From: Candidatus Nealsonbacteria bacterium
GTDB taxonomy: Bacteria > Patescibacteriota > Minisyncoccia > Minisyncoccales > JANBVM01
DNA: 64,000 nucleotides
Reading direction: 5' to 3'
Assembly: GCA_026016225.1 (NCBI GenBank)
Contig: CP061210.1
Coordinates: forward strand, 450,000-513,999
The notes under the pieces were generated by a model. It was not told the origin of the DNA, did no database searches, and saw only the letters and a list, made by a program, of their open reading frames with translations. Shown piece after piece: positions 1-8,989 of the stretch (within the stretch, counting starts at the first letter, position 1; each line of letters begins with the position of its first letter). Made by a program: the position numbers and the translations under genes.

Positions 1-108
1 GGTAAATTAATTGCAATAAAAATTCGATGCGGCATAATATTTTACTATAGCATGGCTTAAAATTTAGTAAAAATTGATGATTTTGCTTAAATGTTTTAAG
101 ATTAAAGA

Positions 109-1302
109 GTGATATTAAATTTTTCAAAAAAAGAACCAAGAGAATCTTTGGTGGGAATAAGTGAGATGGGAGTTGTAATTCCCGAATTTTTTATTGGAGC
201 TGAAAAAATGGCTGAAGAACAACAGCTTTCTTTAGAATATGTAAATGGAGGATTAGGATTAATGCAAGCCAGAATACCCTATAATGTTTCCCTTCAAGAC
301 CTCATAATTAAAGCTGTTCAGAAAATAAAGTATCAAGACGCAGAGAGGTTTATTATTGCCACTGAGTCAGATTACGATTTATCAAAAGCCGTAATGGCAA
401 TAAAATCAATTAATAAGGGTTTAAAACTTACAATACTTCCCTTTCAATTAAAATTTGCCTGTTTAGCTGGAGTTCAAGCTCTACTGCTGGCTTCAGAGTA
501 TGCCATATCTCATAATAAACCTGCTATTGTCATAGTGGCAGACCGTTCCATTTACGGAGATAGGAAAGCAGAAGTAACTCAGGGAACTGGAGTAATAGCA
601 TTAAGAATAGAAAAAAATCCTGAGTTATTAGCTTTGGATTTTAGAAATTATGGTCAATACGTAGAAGATATAGATGATTTTAAAATTCCGGTAAATACAG
701 CACCCTTCCCTGAAGTTGACGGTCCCTTAACAAAACCAGCTTATATAAAATGCGTCATTAAGGCATATGAGGATTACAAAAAAAAGAATCTTCAATTTAA
801 AACACCATTAGAAAAAATTAATTATATTGTAATGCATACTCCTTTTCCCAAAATGGTTGTTTGGACTTCAGCTGTCCTTTGGCGTTATGAAAAATACAGA
901 GAAAAAGAATTTATCAAGTTATTGGAAGAATCTGTAGCTAATCCGAGTTTATTTAAAAAGTTTAAAAAACTACTTGATGAAATAAGAACTCTTCCAGAAT
1001 TTCAAAAATTCTTTCAGCAAAAGGTTAAGCCCGGTTTAAAATACAATTCTTATATTGGAAATTGCTACAATGCTTCTATTTTTATTTCCTTACTACCAGT
1101 CTTGGAACAAATCAAGGAGAACCAACAGGTCTTTATTATGGGTTATGGTTCAGGTTCGGGTTCTCTTACAATAATGGCAAAGGCAATAAAACAGGGATTT
1201 CAAAGCGACTTAAAAGAGCAAATAAAAAAAGGTAAAGAGCTTACCGTTGCTCAATACCGAGAGTGGAGAAATAATGTAATAAGAGAAATTAGAAGCCCTT
1301 AA
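109..1302 (+). CDS. HMG-CoA synthase-like condensing enzyme (thiolase fold)
   Basis: 397-aa ORF with GTG start. N-terminal VGI...P motif, Cys in LKFACLAGVQAL, His in MHTPFPKM and GNCYNASIF resemble the HMG-CoA synthase family. Ends 8 nt before the next gene. Confidence 0.65.
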   Translation: MILNFSKKEPRESLVGISEMGVVIPEFFIGAEKMAEEQQLSLEYVNGGLGLMQARIPYNVSLQDLIIKAVQKIKYQDAERFIIATESDYDLSKAVMAIKSINKGLKLTILPFQLKFACLAGVQALLLASEYAISHNKPAIVIVADRSIYGDRKAEVTQGTGVIALRIEKNPELLALDFRNYGQYVEDIDDFKIPVNTAPFPEVDGPLTKPAYIKCVIKAYEDYKKKNLQFKTPLEKINYIVMHTPFPKMVVWTSAVLWRYEKYREKEFIKLLEESVANPSLFKKFKKLLDEIRTLPEFQKFFQQKVKPGLKYNSYIGNCYNASIFISLLPVLEQIKENQQVFIMGYGSGSGSLTIMAKAIKQGFQSDLKEQIKKGKELTVAQYREWRNNVIREIRSP

Positions 1303-1310
1303 TTTAAGCT

Positions 1311-2327
1311 ATGAAAGAAGCTTATCTTTACAAAAAATTAGATAACAAAAGAGTGCAATGTAAGAATTGCGCCCATTATTGTGTTATTGAACCCGGAAAA
1401 AGAGGAATTTGCGGTGTCAGAGAAAATATTGATGGAAAATTATATGCCTTAAATTATAAAAAAGCAATAGCAGTAAATATTGATCCGATTGAGAAAAAAC
1501 CTTTTTTCCATTTTTTGCCAGGCAGTCATTCCTTATCCATTGCAACGGTTGGATGCAATTTGAGGTGTTTGAGTTGTCAGAATTGGGATATTTCCCAGGG
1601 TTTTAAAGAAAAAAAAGAAATTCCGGGTCAAAATTTAACTCCAAAAGATATTGTTAAATTGGCAATCAAAAATAATTTACCAAACATCTCTTATACTTAT
1701 ACTGAACCCACCATATTTTTAGAATATGCTTTAGACACTATGAAATTGGCAAAAAAAGAGGGAATAAAAAATACCTGGGTGAGCAATGGGTTTATGACAG
1801 AAGAATCAGCAAAATTAGTTATCCCCCATCTTGATGCCAACAATATTGATATTAAAAGTTTTTCTGATGAATTTTATAAGAAATACTGCGGAGCTAAACT
1901 CAAACCTGTTTTAGAAACAGCAAAACTAATGAAAAAATCTGGAGTTTGGGTAGAAATTACAACATTGGTTATTCCTACCTTGAGCGACTCTGAGCAAATG
2001 TTTAAAGAAATTGCCAAATTCATTAAAACCGAGTTAGGACCTGAAACACCCTGGCATATAACTCAATTCTCAGGAGCTATTTCCTGGAAACTTCAACATC
2101 TGCCCGAAACCCCTGTTAAAACCTTAGAGAAAGCTTATAATATCGGTAAAGAAGCAGGTTTAAGATACGTTTATACCGGAAATATCCCGGGTTTGCCGTC
2201 TGAAGATACAATTTGTCCCAAATGCAAAGCTTTAGCTATTGATAGAAGAGGTTATATTATTAAACGATACGATAAAAATGGTAAATGCCCTGAGTGCGGA
2301 GAAGATTTAAATTTAATTTTAAAATAA
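1311..2327 (+). CDS. amrS: AmmeMemoRadiSam system radical SAM enzyme
   Basis: GCNLRCLSCQNW (CxxxCxxC radical SAM cluster) and C-terminal CPKC...CPEC pair. Clustered with Memo/LigB-like and AMMECR1 genes. Confidence 0.8.
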   Translation: MKEAYLYKKLDNKRVQCKNCAHYCVIEPGKRGICGVRENIDGKLYALNYKKAIAVNIDPIEKKPFFHFLPGSHSLSIATVGCNLRCLSCQNWDISQGFKEKKEIPGQNLTPKDIVKLAIKNNLPNISYTYTEPTIFLEYALDTMKLAKKEGIKNTWVSNGFMTEESAKLVIPHLDANNIDIKSFSDEFYKKYCGAKLKPVLETAKLMKKSGVWVEITTLVIPTLSDSEQMFKEIAKFIKTELGPETPWHITQFSGAISWKLQHLPETPVKTLEKAYNIGKEAGLRYVYTGNIPGLPSEDTICPKCKALAIDRRGYIIKRYDKNGKCPECGEDLNLILK

Positions 2328-2328
2328 A

Positions 2329-2943
2329 ATGTCTAAAATAGTTTTTGCAACTTTTGCTCCTCATCCTCCAATACTTCTTCCTTCTGTTGGTTCTGAACAA
2401 GACCGCCTTAAGCTTAAAAAAACTATTCAAAGTTTGGAAACCTTAGGAGAAAAGCTGAAAGAAAAGGCGCCTGATGTAATTTTAATTTCTTCTCCTCATC
2501 CTGATTGGGGATTTAACGTTCCTTTGTTTTTTTTAGCTAAAAATTTCAGGGGTAAAATAAAAACCTATTTAATGGGAGTAAGAGAACCTGAGTTTTATTT
2601 TAAAGAAGGGAAAAAAGTCTACCAAAGTCTTGAAAAAGGTAAAAAATATGCTTTAATTGCTTCAGGTGACCTCTCCCATTGTTTAAAAGAAGAAGGACCT
2701 TACGGTTTTAATCCACAAGGTCCCAAATTTGATAAAGCCTTAATTGAATATTTGAAAAAAAAGGATATTGATAATTTTTTAAAACTAAATGAATATTTTC
2801 CCGAAGCCGGAGAGTGCGGTCTTCGTTCTTTTTGTTTCTTGTTGGGAATTTTAGAGGCTTCAAGCATCAATTGGAAACCAGAAATCTTATCCTATGAAGG
2901 ACCTTTTGGTGTAGGTTATTTAGTAGCCAATTTTAATCTATGA
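2329..2943 (+). CDS. Memo/LigB-superfamily (class III extradiol dioxygenase-like) protein, probable protein-B equivalent of the AmmeMemoRadiSam system
   Basis: FAPHPPILLP near the N-terminus, SSPHPD and ASGDLSHCL motifs. Starts 2 nt after the amrS stop and overlaps the next ORF by 4 nt. Confidence 0.55.
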   Translation: MSKIVFATFAPHPPILLPSVGSEQDRLKLKKTIQSLETLGEKLKEKAPDVILISSPHPDWGFNVPLFFLAKNFRGKIKTYLMGVREPEFYFKEGKKVYQSLEKGKKYALIASGDLSHCLKEEGPYGFNPQGPKFDKALIEYLKKKDIDNFLKLNEYFPEAGECGLRSFCFLLGILEASSINWKPEILSYEGPFGVGYLVANFNL

Positions 2944-4307
2944 AAAACTTAAATTTTAAAACAGAAACTGATGTTTTAAGTTTTCTTAAAAAGAATGAAA
3001 ATAATATTCGATTTGTTAGGATAATCTTCCCTGATGTTTTAGGAAGAGAAATGAGCTTTTGCATTCCCTCAGAAAAAATGAAATCTGCTTTTTTGCAAGG
3101 AGTAGGATTTGATGGAAGTTCAGTAGAAGGCTTTGCCAGGGTTGAAGAGTCAGATTTGATTATTGTACCTGCCCCTGAAACCTTCAGGGTTTTGCCCTGG
3201 GGTTATGAGTTTCAAGATGTGGGGTGGAAGGAGGCTGTTGTTTTTGGTGATATTTTTACATCAAAAGGAAATCGCTTTCAAGGAGATTCTAGGTATGTTT
3301 TAAAGAAAAGCTTAGAAAAAACAAAAAAATTTGGCAACCTTTACGTAGGTCCTGAACTTGAATTTTTTATTTTTGAAAATGAAAAACAACCAAAATTATT
3401 AGACCATGGAGGTTATTTTTATGGGGGGAAATTGGGAGAAATTAGAAAAATTGTTCAAATTTATCTTCAAGAAATGGGAATTAAAGCTGAGTGCGACCAT
3501 CATGAAGTAGCTCCAAGTCAGCACGAAATAAATTTAAGATATAGTGATGCTCTAAGTGTGGCTGACTCAATAGTTTTAGCCAAATATGTAATAAAAAGAG
3601 TGGCTCGAAATTTTGGCTTTTTCGCCTCTTTTATGCCAAAACCAATCGCCAGAATTAATGGTTCCGGGATGCATCTCCATTTATCTTTGTGGGAAAAAGA
3701 CAAAAATTTATTCTTTAAAGACAAAAAAGAACCCTTATCTAATTTAGCTAAAAAATATCTAACAGGATTAATCAAGTATGGCAGAGAAACTCAATTAGTT
3801 TTGAATCAATGGGTTAATTCTTACAAAAGATTAATTCCAGGTTATGAAGCTCCTGTATATTTGGCTTGGGGAAGAAAAAATAGGTCAGCCTATATTAGAG
3901 TTCCTGAGACTCACCTGGCAAAAGCAAACACTTCCACCAGAATTGAAGTTAGGTCTCCTGACCCTGCCTGTAATATCTATTTAGCTTTAGCTATTATCCA
4001 GGCAGCGGGGGTTCAAGGAGTTAAAGAAGATTTGAAGCTTTTACCTCCCCAAGAAAAGGACATTTTTGAAATGAAAGAAAGCGAGATGAAGAAAAGAAAG
4101 ATTAAAATTTTAGCTAAAAATTTAAACGAAGCTTTAAGGCATTTTAAGAATAGTAAATTAGTTAGAGAGACCCTTGGCGAGCATTTATTTAAGAAAATAA
4201 TCCAAAACAAGAAAATCGAATGGGAAAGATACAAAAAAGCAGCTGGTAAAAAATTTGAAAAGTCAGTTAGTCCGTATGAAATAAAAGAGTATTTACCGGT
4301 ACTTTAA
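2940..4307 (+). CDS. Glutamine synthetase family protein (ATP-dependent amide ligase)
   Basis: 455 aa. FDGSSVEGF, GPELEFF, HHEVAPSQHEIN and NGSGMHLHLSLW are classic glutamine synthetase motifs. ATGA overlap gives translational coupling with the upstream gene. Confidence 0.8.
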   Translation: MKNLNFKTETDVLSFLKKNENNIRFVRIIFPDVLGREMSFCIPSEKMKSAFLQGVGFDGSSVEGFARVEESDLIIVPAPETFRVLPWGYEFQDVGWKEAVVFGDIFTSKGNRFQGDSRYVLKKSLEKTKKFGNLYVGPELEFFIFENEKQPKLLDHGGYFYGGKLGEIRKIVQIYLQEMGIKAECDHHEVAPSQHEINLRYSDALSVADSIVLAKYVIKRVARNFGFFASFMPKPIARINGSGMHLHLSLWEKDKNLFFKDKKEPLSNLAKKYLTGLIKYGRETQLVLNQWVNSYKRLIPGYEAPVYLAWGRKNRSAYIRVPETHLAKANTSTRIEVRSPDPACNIYLALAIIQAAGVQGVKEDLKLLPPQEKDIFEMKESEMKKRKIKILAKNLNEALRHFKNSKLVRETLGEHLFKKIIQNKKIEWERYKKAAGKKFEKSVSPYEIKEYLPVL

Positions 4308-4317
4308 TTAATTCTTT

Positions 4318-4626
4318 ATGAAGTTTACGGTAAAAAATAAGAAAAAACATAATATTACAACTTTAATCAGAGCGATTGGTTATCGTTATTTAGGTGAAGA
4401 TGAAGATAGAAAAGAAATAAAACTTGTCAGACCTTTAGAAATAGGCGGCTATCCAAGATTTCATCTTTTTTTGAAGACAGAACCTAAAAATCAAGAGTTT
4501 CTTTTTAATCTGCACTTAGATCAAAGGAAGCCGGTTTATAAAGGCGCTCCGGCTCATGCGGCTGACTATGAAGGAGAAGCTGTAGAAAGAGAGGCAGAAA
4601 GAATTAAACAAATTTTAGAAAAGTAA
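4318..4626 (+). CDS. Hypothetical protein (102 aa) inside the AmmeMemoRadiSam operon
   Basis: ORF only. Co-oriented with 10-20 nt gaps to its neighbours. No recognisable motif. Confidence 0.45.
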   Translation: MKFTVKNKKKHNITTLIRAIGYRYLGEDEDRKEIKLVRPLEIGGYPRFHLFLKTEPKNQEFLFNLHLDQRKPVYKGAPAHAADYEGEAVEREAERIKQILEK

Positions 4627-4646
4627 TGTGCTAAAAATTAAAATAA

Positions 4647-5324
4647 ATGTTTAAAGATTATAAGTGGCTTTCACCAAAATTTAAAAGAACGCAGGCAATA
4701 ATAAAACCAATGCTGAAAATGCTTCAGGAAGAAGGAAACAATCTGAAGGTTCTAGATATAGGATGTGGGAATGGCGTGGTTTCAGAATTGATAGTTAAAA
4801 TGGGAAATGAAGTTTGGGGAATTGATGAAAATGAAGAAGCACTTAAAGAAGCTAAAAAGAGAGAAGTGAGAGTTTTTAAAGGAAACTTGGAGAAAAATCT
4901 TCCTTTTGAGAATAAATCTTTTGATGTGCTTTGGTGTTTGCGGGTCTTAGAACATATTTTTCACACAGAGCACTTTCTAAAAGAATGCCACCGTATTTTA
5001 AAACCTAAAGGCGTATTGGTTATTACCGCTGACAACATAGTTTCTCTACCTAATCGAATAAGGGTATTTTTCGGCCTTTATCCCCTTAGGGTTGCTCCCA
5101 GTGAAAATTATCCACGGTTTACCGACCACGTAAGATGTTTTACAAAATCCACTTTTAAAAACATTTTAAAAAATTCAGGTTTTAAATTAGAAAAAATCAC
5201 ATCAGACTTTGTTTGTTTTAATTTTGGTCAATATAGTTTTCCCCCTCGTTCAGAATTTTTGGGGAAAATACTTCCATCATTAGGCTCGACATTAATTGCC
5301 AAAGCGAGAAAAACTGAGATATGA
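4647..5324 (+). CDS. Class I SAM-dependent methyltransferase
   Basis: VLDIGCGNG (motif I), FDVLWCLRVLEHI and LKPKGVLVI motifs. Confidence 0.8.
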   Translation: MFKDYKWLSPKFKRTQAIIKPMLKMLQEEGNNLKVLDIGCGNGVVSELIVKMGNEVWGIDENEEALKEAKKREVRVFKGNLEKNLPFENKSFDVLWCLRVLEHIFHTEHFLKECHRILKPKGVLVITADNIVSLPNRIRVFFGLYPLRVAPSENYPRFTDHVRCFTKSTFKNILKNSGFKLEKITSDFVCFNFGQYSFPPRSEFLGKILPSLGSTLIAKARKTEI

Positions 5325-5884
5325 ATGATTACATTTCACTTGCAAAAACAGCAGTTGAAAACTATATAAAAGAGAAAAAAGTAATTTCACCCCCCGAAGA
5401 TTTACCAAGGGAATTTTTTGAGATAAAATCTGGCGTTTTTGTAACTATTGAGAAAGACGGAAAATTAAGGGGTTGTATTGGAACTTATTTAGCGACCAAA
5501 GAGAATATTGCCAGAGAGATTATTTCAAATGCTATTGCTGCTGCCATCGAGGATTATAGGTTTGGTTCCACTCGGGAAGAAGAACTTCCCTATCTTTCTT
5601 ACACTGTTTATATTCTAAACGAACCTGAACAAGTTAAAGATATTAAAGAATTAGATACTAAAAAATATGGTATAATTGTAAAAACCATTCCTATTGTAGA
5701 TGTAGATAAAACAGATGTAGTCTTTAATGGCCATTTACCTCATAAAACAGGACTTTTACTTCCTGATTTGGAAGGAGTAAACACCATAGAAAAACAAATT
5801 TCAATTGCCTGCCAAAAAGCAGGAATTAATCCTCAAAAAGAAAAAATAATCATCTACCGATTTATTGTAAAAAAGTATCAATAG
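5321..5884 (+). CDS. amrA: AMMECR1 domain protein (AmmeMemoRadiSam system protein A)
   Basis: LRGCIGTY motif diagnostic of AMMECR1. Overlaps the methyltransferase gene by 4 nt. Confidence 0.8.
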   Translation: MNDYISLAKTAVENYIKEKKVISPPEDLPREFFEIKSGVFVTIEKDGKLRGCIGTYLATKENIAREIISNAIAAAIEDYRFGSTREEELPYLSYTVYILNEPEQVKDIKELDTKKYGIIVKTIPIVDVDKTDVVFNGHLPHKTGLLLPDLEGVNTIEKQISIACQKAGINPQKEKIIIYRFIVKKYQ

Positions 5885-5893
5885 TTTGGAATT

Positions 5894-5934
5894 AAAAAAA
5901 GCGGCTTCAGACCTCTCAAAAAAGCCGCTTTTTT
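5894..5934. terminator. Bidirectional rho-independent terminator
   Basis: aaaaaagcggctt...aagccgctttttt: GC stem flanked by an A-run and a T-run, between convergent genes. Confidence 0.7.
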
Positions 5935-5950
5935 CTCAATTTTCTTTACT

Positions 5951-6250
5951 TTACAATTTTTCCAATAATTCTTGAGAAAAACTTTTCATCTTTTCAAGTT
6001 CTCTTATTCCTTTTTTTGTTGTGCTAAAAGCAGGTTTTCCCTTAAACCTTTCTTTTTTAATGTATCCCTGAGTTCTGAGAAGATATAATACTCTTTTTGT
6101 TAATAACTTGCCAGGCAAAAAGCCAAATTTTTCAAAAATCAAACTTCTAATTTCTTCATTTGTAATTTCTTTTTCTTTTCCCAGGGTTAGAATATAAATC
6201 CAGAGATTATTTTCAGTATTTGATTTTTTAAATCTCTCAAATGGTAACAT
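5951..6250 (-). CDS. PadR-like winged-helix transcriptional regulator
   Basis: 99 aa. NLWIYILTL...YLLRTQGYIKK pattern. Paralogue of 7416..7718, with which it shares MLPxERxxKSNTxxNLW. Confidence 0.6.
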   Translation of the reverse strand: MLPFERFKKSNTENNLWIYILTLGKEKEITNEEIRSLIFEKFGFLPGKLLTKRVLYLLRTQGYIKKERFKGKPAFSTTKKGIRELEKMKSFSQELLEKL

Positions 6251-6256
6251 AAATTT

Positions 6257-7360
6257 CTATTTTTCTCTTTTTCCTAAAATGAAATCTTCAACCATTTCTC
6301 TTGCTTTTTCGTCTGTAAATTGAATCGGTGGTGATTTCATAAAATAAGCTGAAGCTGAAATTAAAGAACCTCCTATATTTCTATCTAAGGCAATCCTTAA
6401 TAATCTAATAGCATCAATCACGCACCCTCCAGAGTTTGGAGAATCTTCAACAGAAAGTCTTAATTCAACTTCAACCGGCATATTACCGAACTTTCTTCCT
6501 TCAATTCTGATAAAACAAACTTTATTATCTTTTAACCAGGGAACATAATCTGAAGGACCCACATGTAAGTTGTCATAACTTAATCTTTTTGAAAGCTGAG
6601 ATTCAACACTTTCTGTTTTTGAGATTTTTTTTGATTTAAGGCGTGAGCGAGAAAGCATATTTAAAAAGTCAGTATTTCCTCCTACGTTTAGCTGATAAGA
6701 TTTATCTATTTTGACTCCCCTTTCGGAAAAAAGATGGCTCAATATCCGATGAATAATAGTAGCTCCTACCTGAGACTTAATATCATCTCCGATACAAGGT
6801 AGATTTTTCTTTTTGAACTTTTCTGCCCAACTTTTATTTGAAACTATGAAAACCGGCATACAGTTTAAGAAAGCGCACCCGGTTTTTAAAGCTGCTTTGG
6901 CATAAAATTCTGTTGCTTTTTGAGAGCCAACAGGACAATAATTTATTAAGATTTCAGCTCCTGACTTTTTTAATTCTTTTACAACGTCTACAGGTTTTTC
7001 TTTTGATACGGCAAACCTTTTTTCTTCAGGATAATTTTTTAAGTGTTTAGCTACTCCGTCTAAAACAGGACCCATTTTTACTTTTGCCTTCAAATTTGGT
7101 ATCTTAGAATTAAAGACTTTTGTACAATTAGGTTTGGCAAAGATTGCTTTTGAAATATCTTTTCCAACCTTTCTCTTATCAATATCAAAAGCAATTACAG
7201 GTTTTATATCAGACACTCTGTATTTGTTAATAAGATTGTGCATTAAACCGGGTATTAATTCATCGTCAGTTTTTACGTTTTTATAGTAAAAAATACCCTG
7301 GATTAGAGATGAGGCACAATTCCCCAGTCCTACAATAGCAATTTTGATTCCTTTTTTCAT
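6257..7360 (-). CDS. myo-Inositol-1-phosphate synthase
   Basis: 367 aa. N-terminal Rossmann motif IAIVGLGNCASSLIQG plus GDDIKSQVGATI and SPNSGG motifs typical of archaeal/bacterial MIPS. Confidence 0.75.
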   Translation of the reverse strand: MKKGIKIAIVGLGNCASSLIQGIFYYKNVKTDDELIPGLMHNLINKYRVSDIKPVIAFDIDKRKVGKDISKAIFAKPNCTKVFNSKIPNLKAKVKMGPVLDGVAKHLKNYPEEKRFAVSKEKPVDVVKELKKSGAEILINYCPVGSQKATEFYAKAALKTGCAFLNCMPVFIVSNKSWAEKFKKKNLPCIGDDIKSQVGATIIHRILSHLFSERGVKIDKSYQLNVGGNTDFLNMLSRSRLKSKKISKTESVESQLSKRLSYDNLHVGPSDYVPWLKDNKVCFIRIEGRKFGNMPVEVELRLSVEDSPNSGGCVIDAIRLLRIALDRNIGGSLISASAYFMKSPPIQFTDEKAREMVEDFILGKREK

Positions 7361-7415
7361 TTTATTATATTATTAATACTATTTTACGCTGGTAAAATAG
7401 TCTGTCAAGAGCAAG

Positions 7416-7718
7416 ATGTTGCCAATGGAACGACTTCAAAAATCAAATACCAAGGAGAATTTATGGCTCTATATTCTTTCTCTGCTTAAAAAGAGGAAGA
7501 TTTACGGTTGGGAAATCCCCACTCTCATTAAAAAAAACTTTAATTTTAAACCAGGTAGAATTACTCCCTACAGAGTACTCTATAGATTAGAAAAAGAAGG
7601 TTTGGTTAAAAGCAAAATGGAAGAAAGAAGAAGAATTTATCAAATTACAAAAAAGGGGGAAGAAGAATTGAAACGAGCTAAAGGATTTTACAAAGAAGTT
7701 TTGAAAAAATTAAAATGA
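7416..7718 (+). CDS. PadR-like winged-helix transcriptional regulator
   Basis: 100 aa. Paralogue of 5951..6250, divergently placed from the MIPS gene. Confidence 0.6.
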   Translation: MLPMERLQKSNTKENLWLYILSLLKKRKIYGWEIPTLIKKNFNFKPGRITPYRVLYRLEKEGLVKSKMEERRRIYQITKKGEEELKRAKGFYKEVLKKLK

Positions 7719-8383
7719 TTAATAAAAAAGTAGCTCAAATATTATACGAGATAGGAGAATTATTAGATATTCAGGGAATAGCTTATAAACCTAAAGCCTA
7801 TCGAAAAGCTGCCAAGGCTTTAGAGAACCTGAAAGAAAATATTTCTCAAATTTATAAGAAAGAAGGAATTAAAGGGATTAAAGAGGTTCCGGGTATTGGG
7901 AAAAGTATTGCCGAAAAAATTGAAGAATATTCAAAAAATAAAAAAATTAAATATTATGAAGAGCTAAAGGAGAAATCAGTCATTCGACAAATTATTACTC
8001 ATTATTTTAAAACGAAGGGATTGAGTTTAGTAGAACTTAAAAAAGACGCTAAAAAAAGAAAAATAGTTTACTCCCGCTTCACTAAACCAGCTAAGCAACT
8101 TTTAGTATTAGCGGGATCTGTAGAAAAGGCAAAAAAAGCCATTGACAAAGTAGCTAAATGGGCGAAGTCAAGAGATTTAGATTATGCCATTGAAACAGTT
8201 TTTAAGAAATGGTTAGAATTAGACAGGTTAAAGCCAAAAGAAATTATAAAAAAACCCTATTATAGAGGAGATCCAATGATTTGGTCAGAAACAAAAAGAA
8301 AATGGTATGTTATAGATGAAACAGGCAGGTGGTTAGAATTTGTCGGCAAAGAATCAGAAATGGAATGGAGAATTATAAAATAA
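7715..8383 (+). CDS. Helix-hairpin-helix protein related to the N-terminal (8-kDa/HhH) region of family X DNA polymerases; no polymerase domain
   Basis: VAQILYEIGELLDIQGIAYKPKAYRKAAKALENL and VPGIGKSIAEKIEEY resemble the Pol X N-terminus. The C-terminal 120 aa are unrecognised. Confidence 0.45.
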   Translation: MINKKVAQILYEIGELLDIQGIAYKPKAYRKAAKALENLKENISQIYKKEGIKGIKEVPGIGKSIAEKIEEYSKNKKIKYYEELKEKSVIRQIITHYFKTKGLSLVELKKDAKKRKIVYSRFTKPAKQLLVLAGSVEKAKKAIDKVAKWAKSRDLDYAIETVFKKWLELDRLKPKEIIKKPYYRGDPMIWSETKRKWYVIDETGRWLEFVGKESEMEWRIIK

Positions 8384-8415
8384 GCATTAATAATTGAATA
8401 TTGAATACTAATACT

Positions 8416-8979
8416 ATGGTTTCTTATTCTGAACTAAAAAAAGGCGTAAAAATTATTTTAGAAAAAGAACCCTATGAAATAATTGACTCAGCTCCCATGT
8501 TTAAAGCAAGGGGGCATTCTGTTTTGCAAACGAGGTTAAGGAACTTAAAAACAGGAAATGTTATTTCCCGTACTTTACATCCTTCTGATTCCTTTGAAGA
8601 AGCAGATATTTTAAAAAAGAAAGCTAAATTCCTCTATTTCCATAGAGAAAAGTATGTCTTCTGTGATAAAGACAATCCTTCAAATAGATTTGAATTAAAA
8701 GCTGAACAAATTGAAGGAAAAAAAGGATTTTTAAAACCAAATCAGATTGTAGAAGCTTTAATTTTTGGGGATGAAATAATTAATATTTCTTTGCCCATTA
8801 AGATTAATTTGAAAGTAACAGAGGCTCCGCCCGGTCTCAAAGGTGAAAGGGCTCAATCAGGAACAAAAACAGTTAGTTTGGAAACAGGAGTTAAAATAAA
8901 TGTTCCCCTCTTTGTTAAGAGAGGAGACATAATTGAGGTTAATACTGAAACAGGAGAATATGTAAGAAGGATTGAATAA
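8416..8979 (+). CDS. efp: Elongation factor P
   Basis: SYSELKKGVKI...EPYEIIDS...LQTRLRNLKTGN pattern and three-domain length. ATG at 8416 preferred over the TTG at 8401. Confidence 0.85.
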   Translation: MVSYSELKKGVKIILEKEPYEIIDSAPMFKARGHSVLQTRLRNLKTGNVISRTLHPSDSFEEADILKKKAKFLYFHREKYVFCDKDNPSNRFELKAEQIEGKKGFLKPNQIVEALIFGDEIINISLPIKINLKVTEAPPGLKGERAQSGTKTVSLETGVKINVPLFVKRGDIIEVNTETGEYVRRIE

Positions 8980-8989
8980 TAATTAATCC

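Noticed and set aside
3518-4234. Antisense ORFs inside well-supported genes (3518..3775, 4013..4234). Others: 9249..9431, 9533..9796, 9851..10120, 11274..11492, 13960..14223, 16924..17214, 19129..19640, 23614..23805, 28567..28779, 33541..33768, 39683..39937, 40452..40709, 47750..48070, 49102..49299, 49552..49839, 51791..52144, 53549..55085, 57003..57248, 59382..59651, 60354..60611, 61043..61393, 62706..62939
   Set aside because: These are shadow ORFs on the opposite strand of genes with clear family motifs, as expected in AT-rich, low-stop-frequency sequence. They have low-complexity composition and no start signals.
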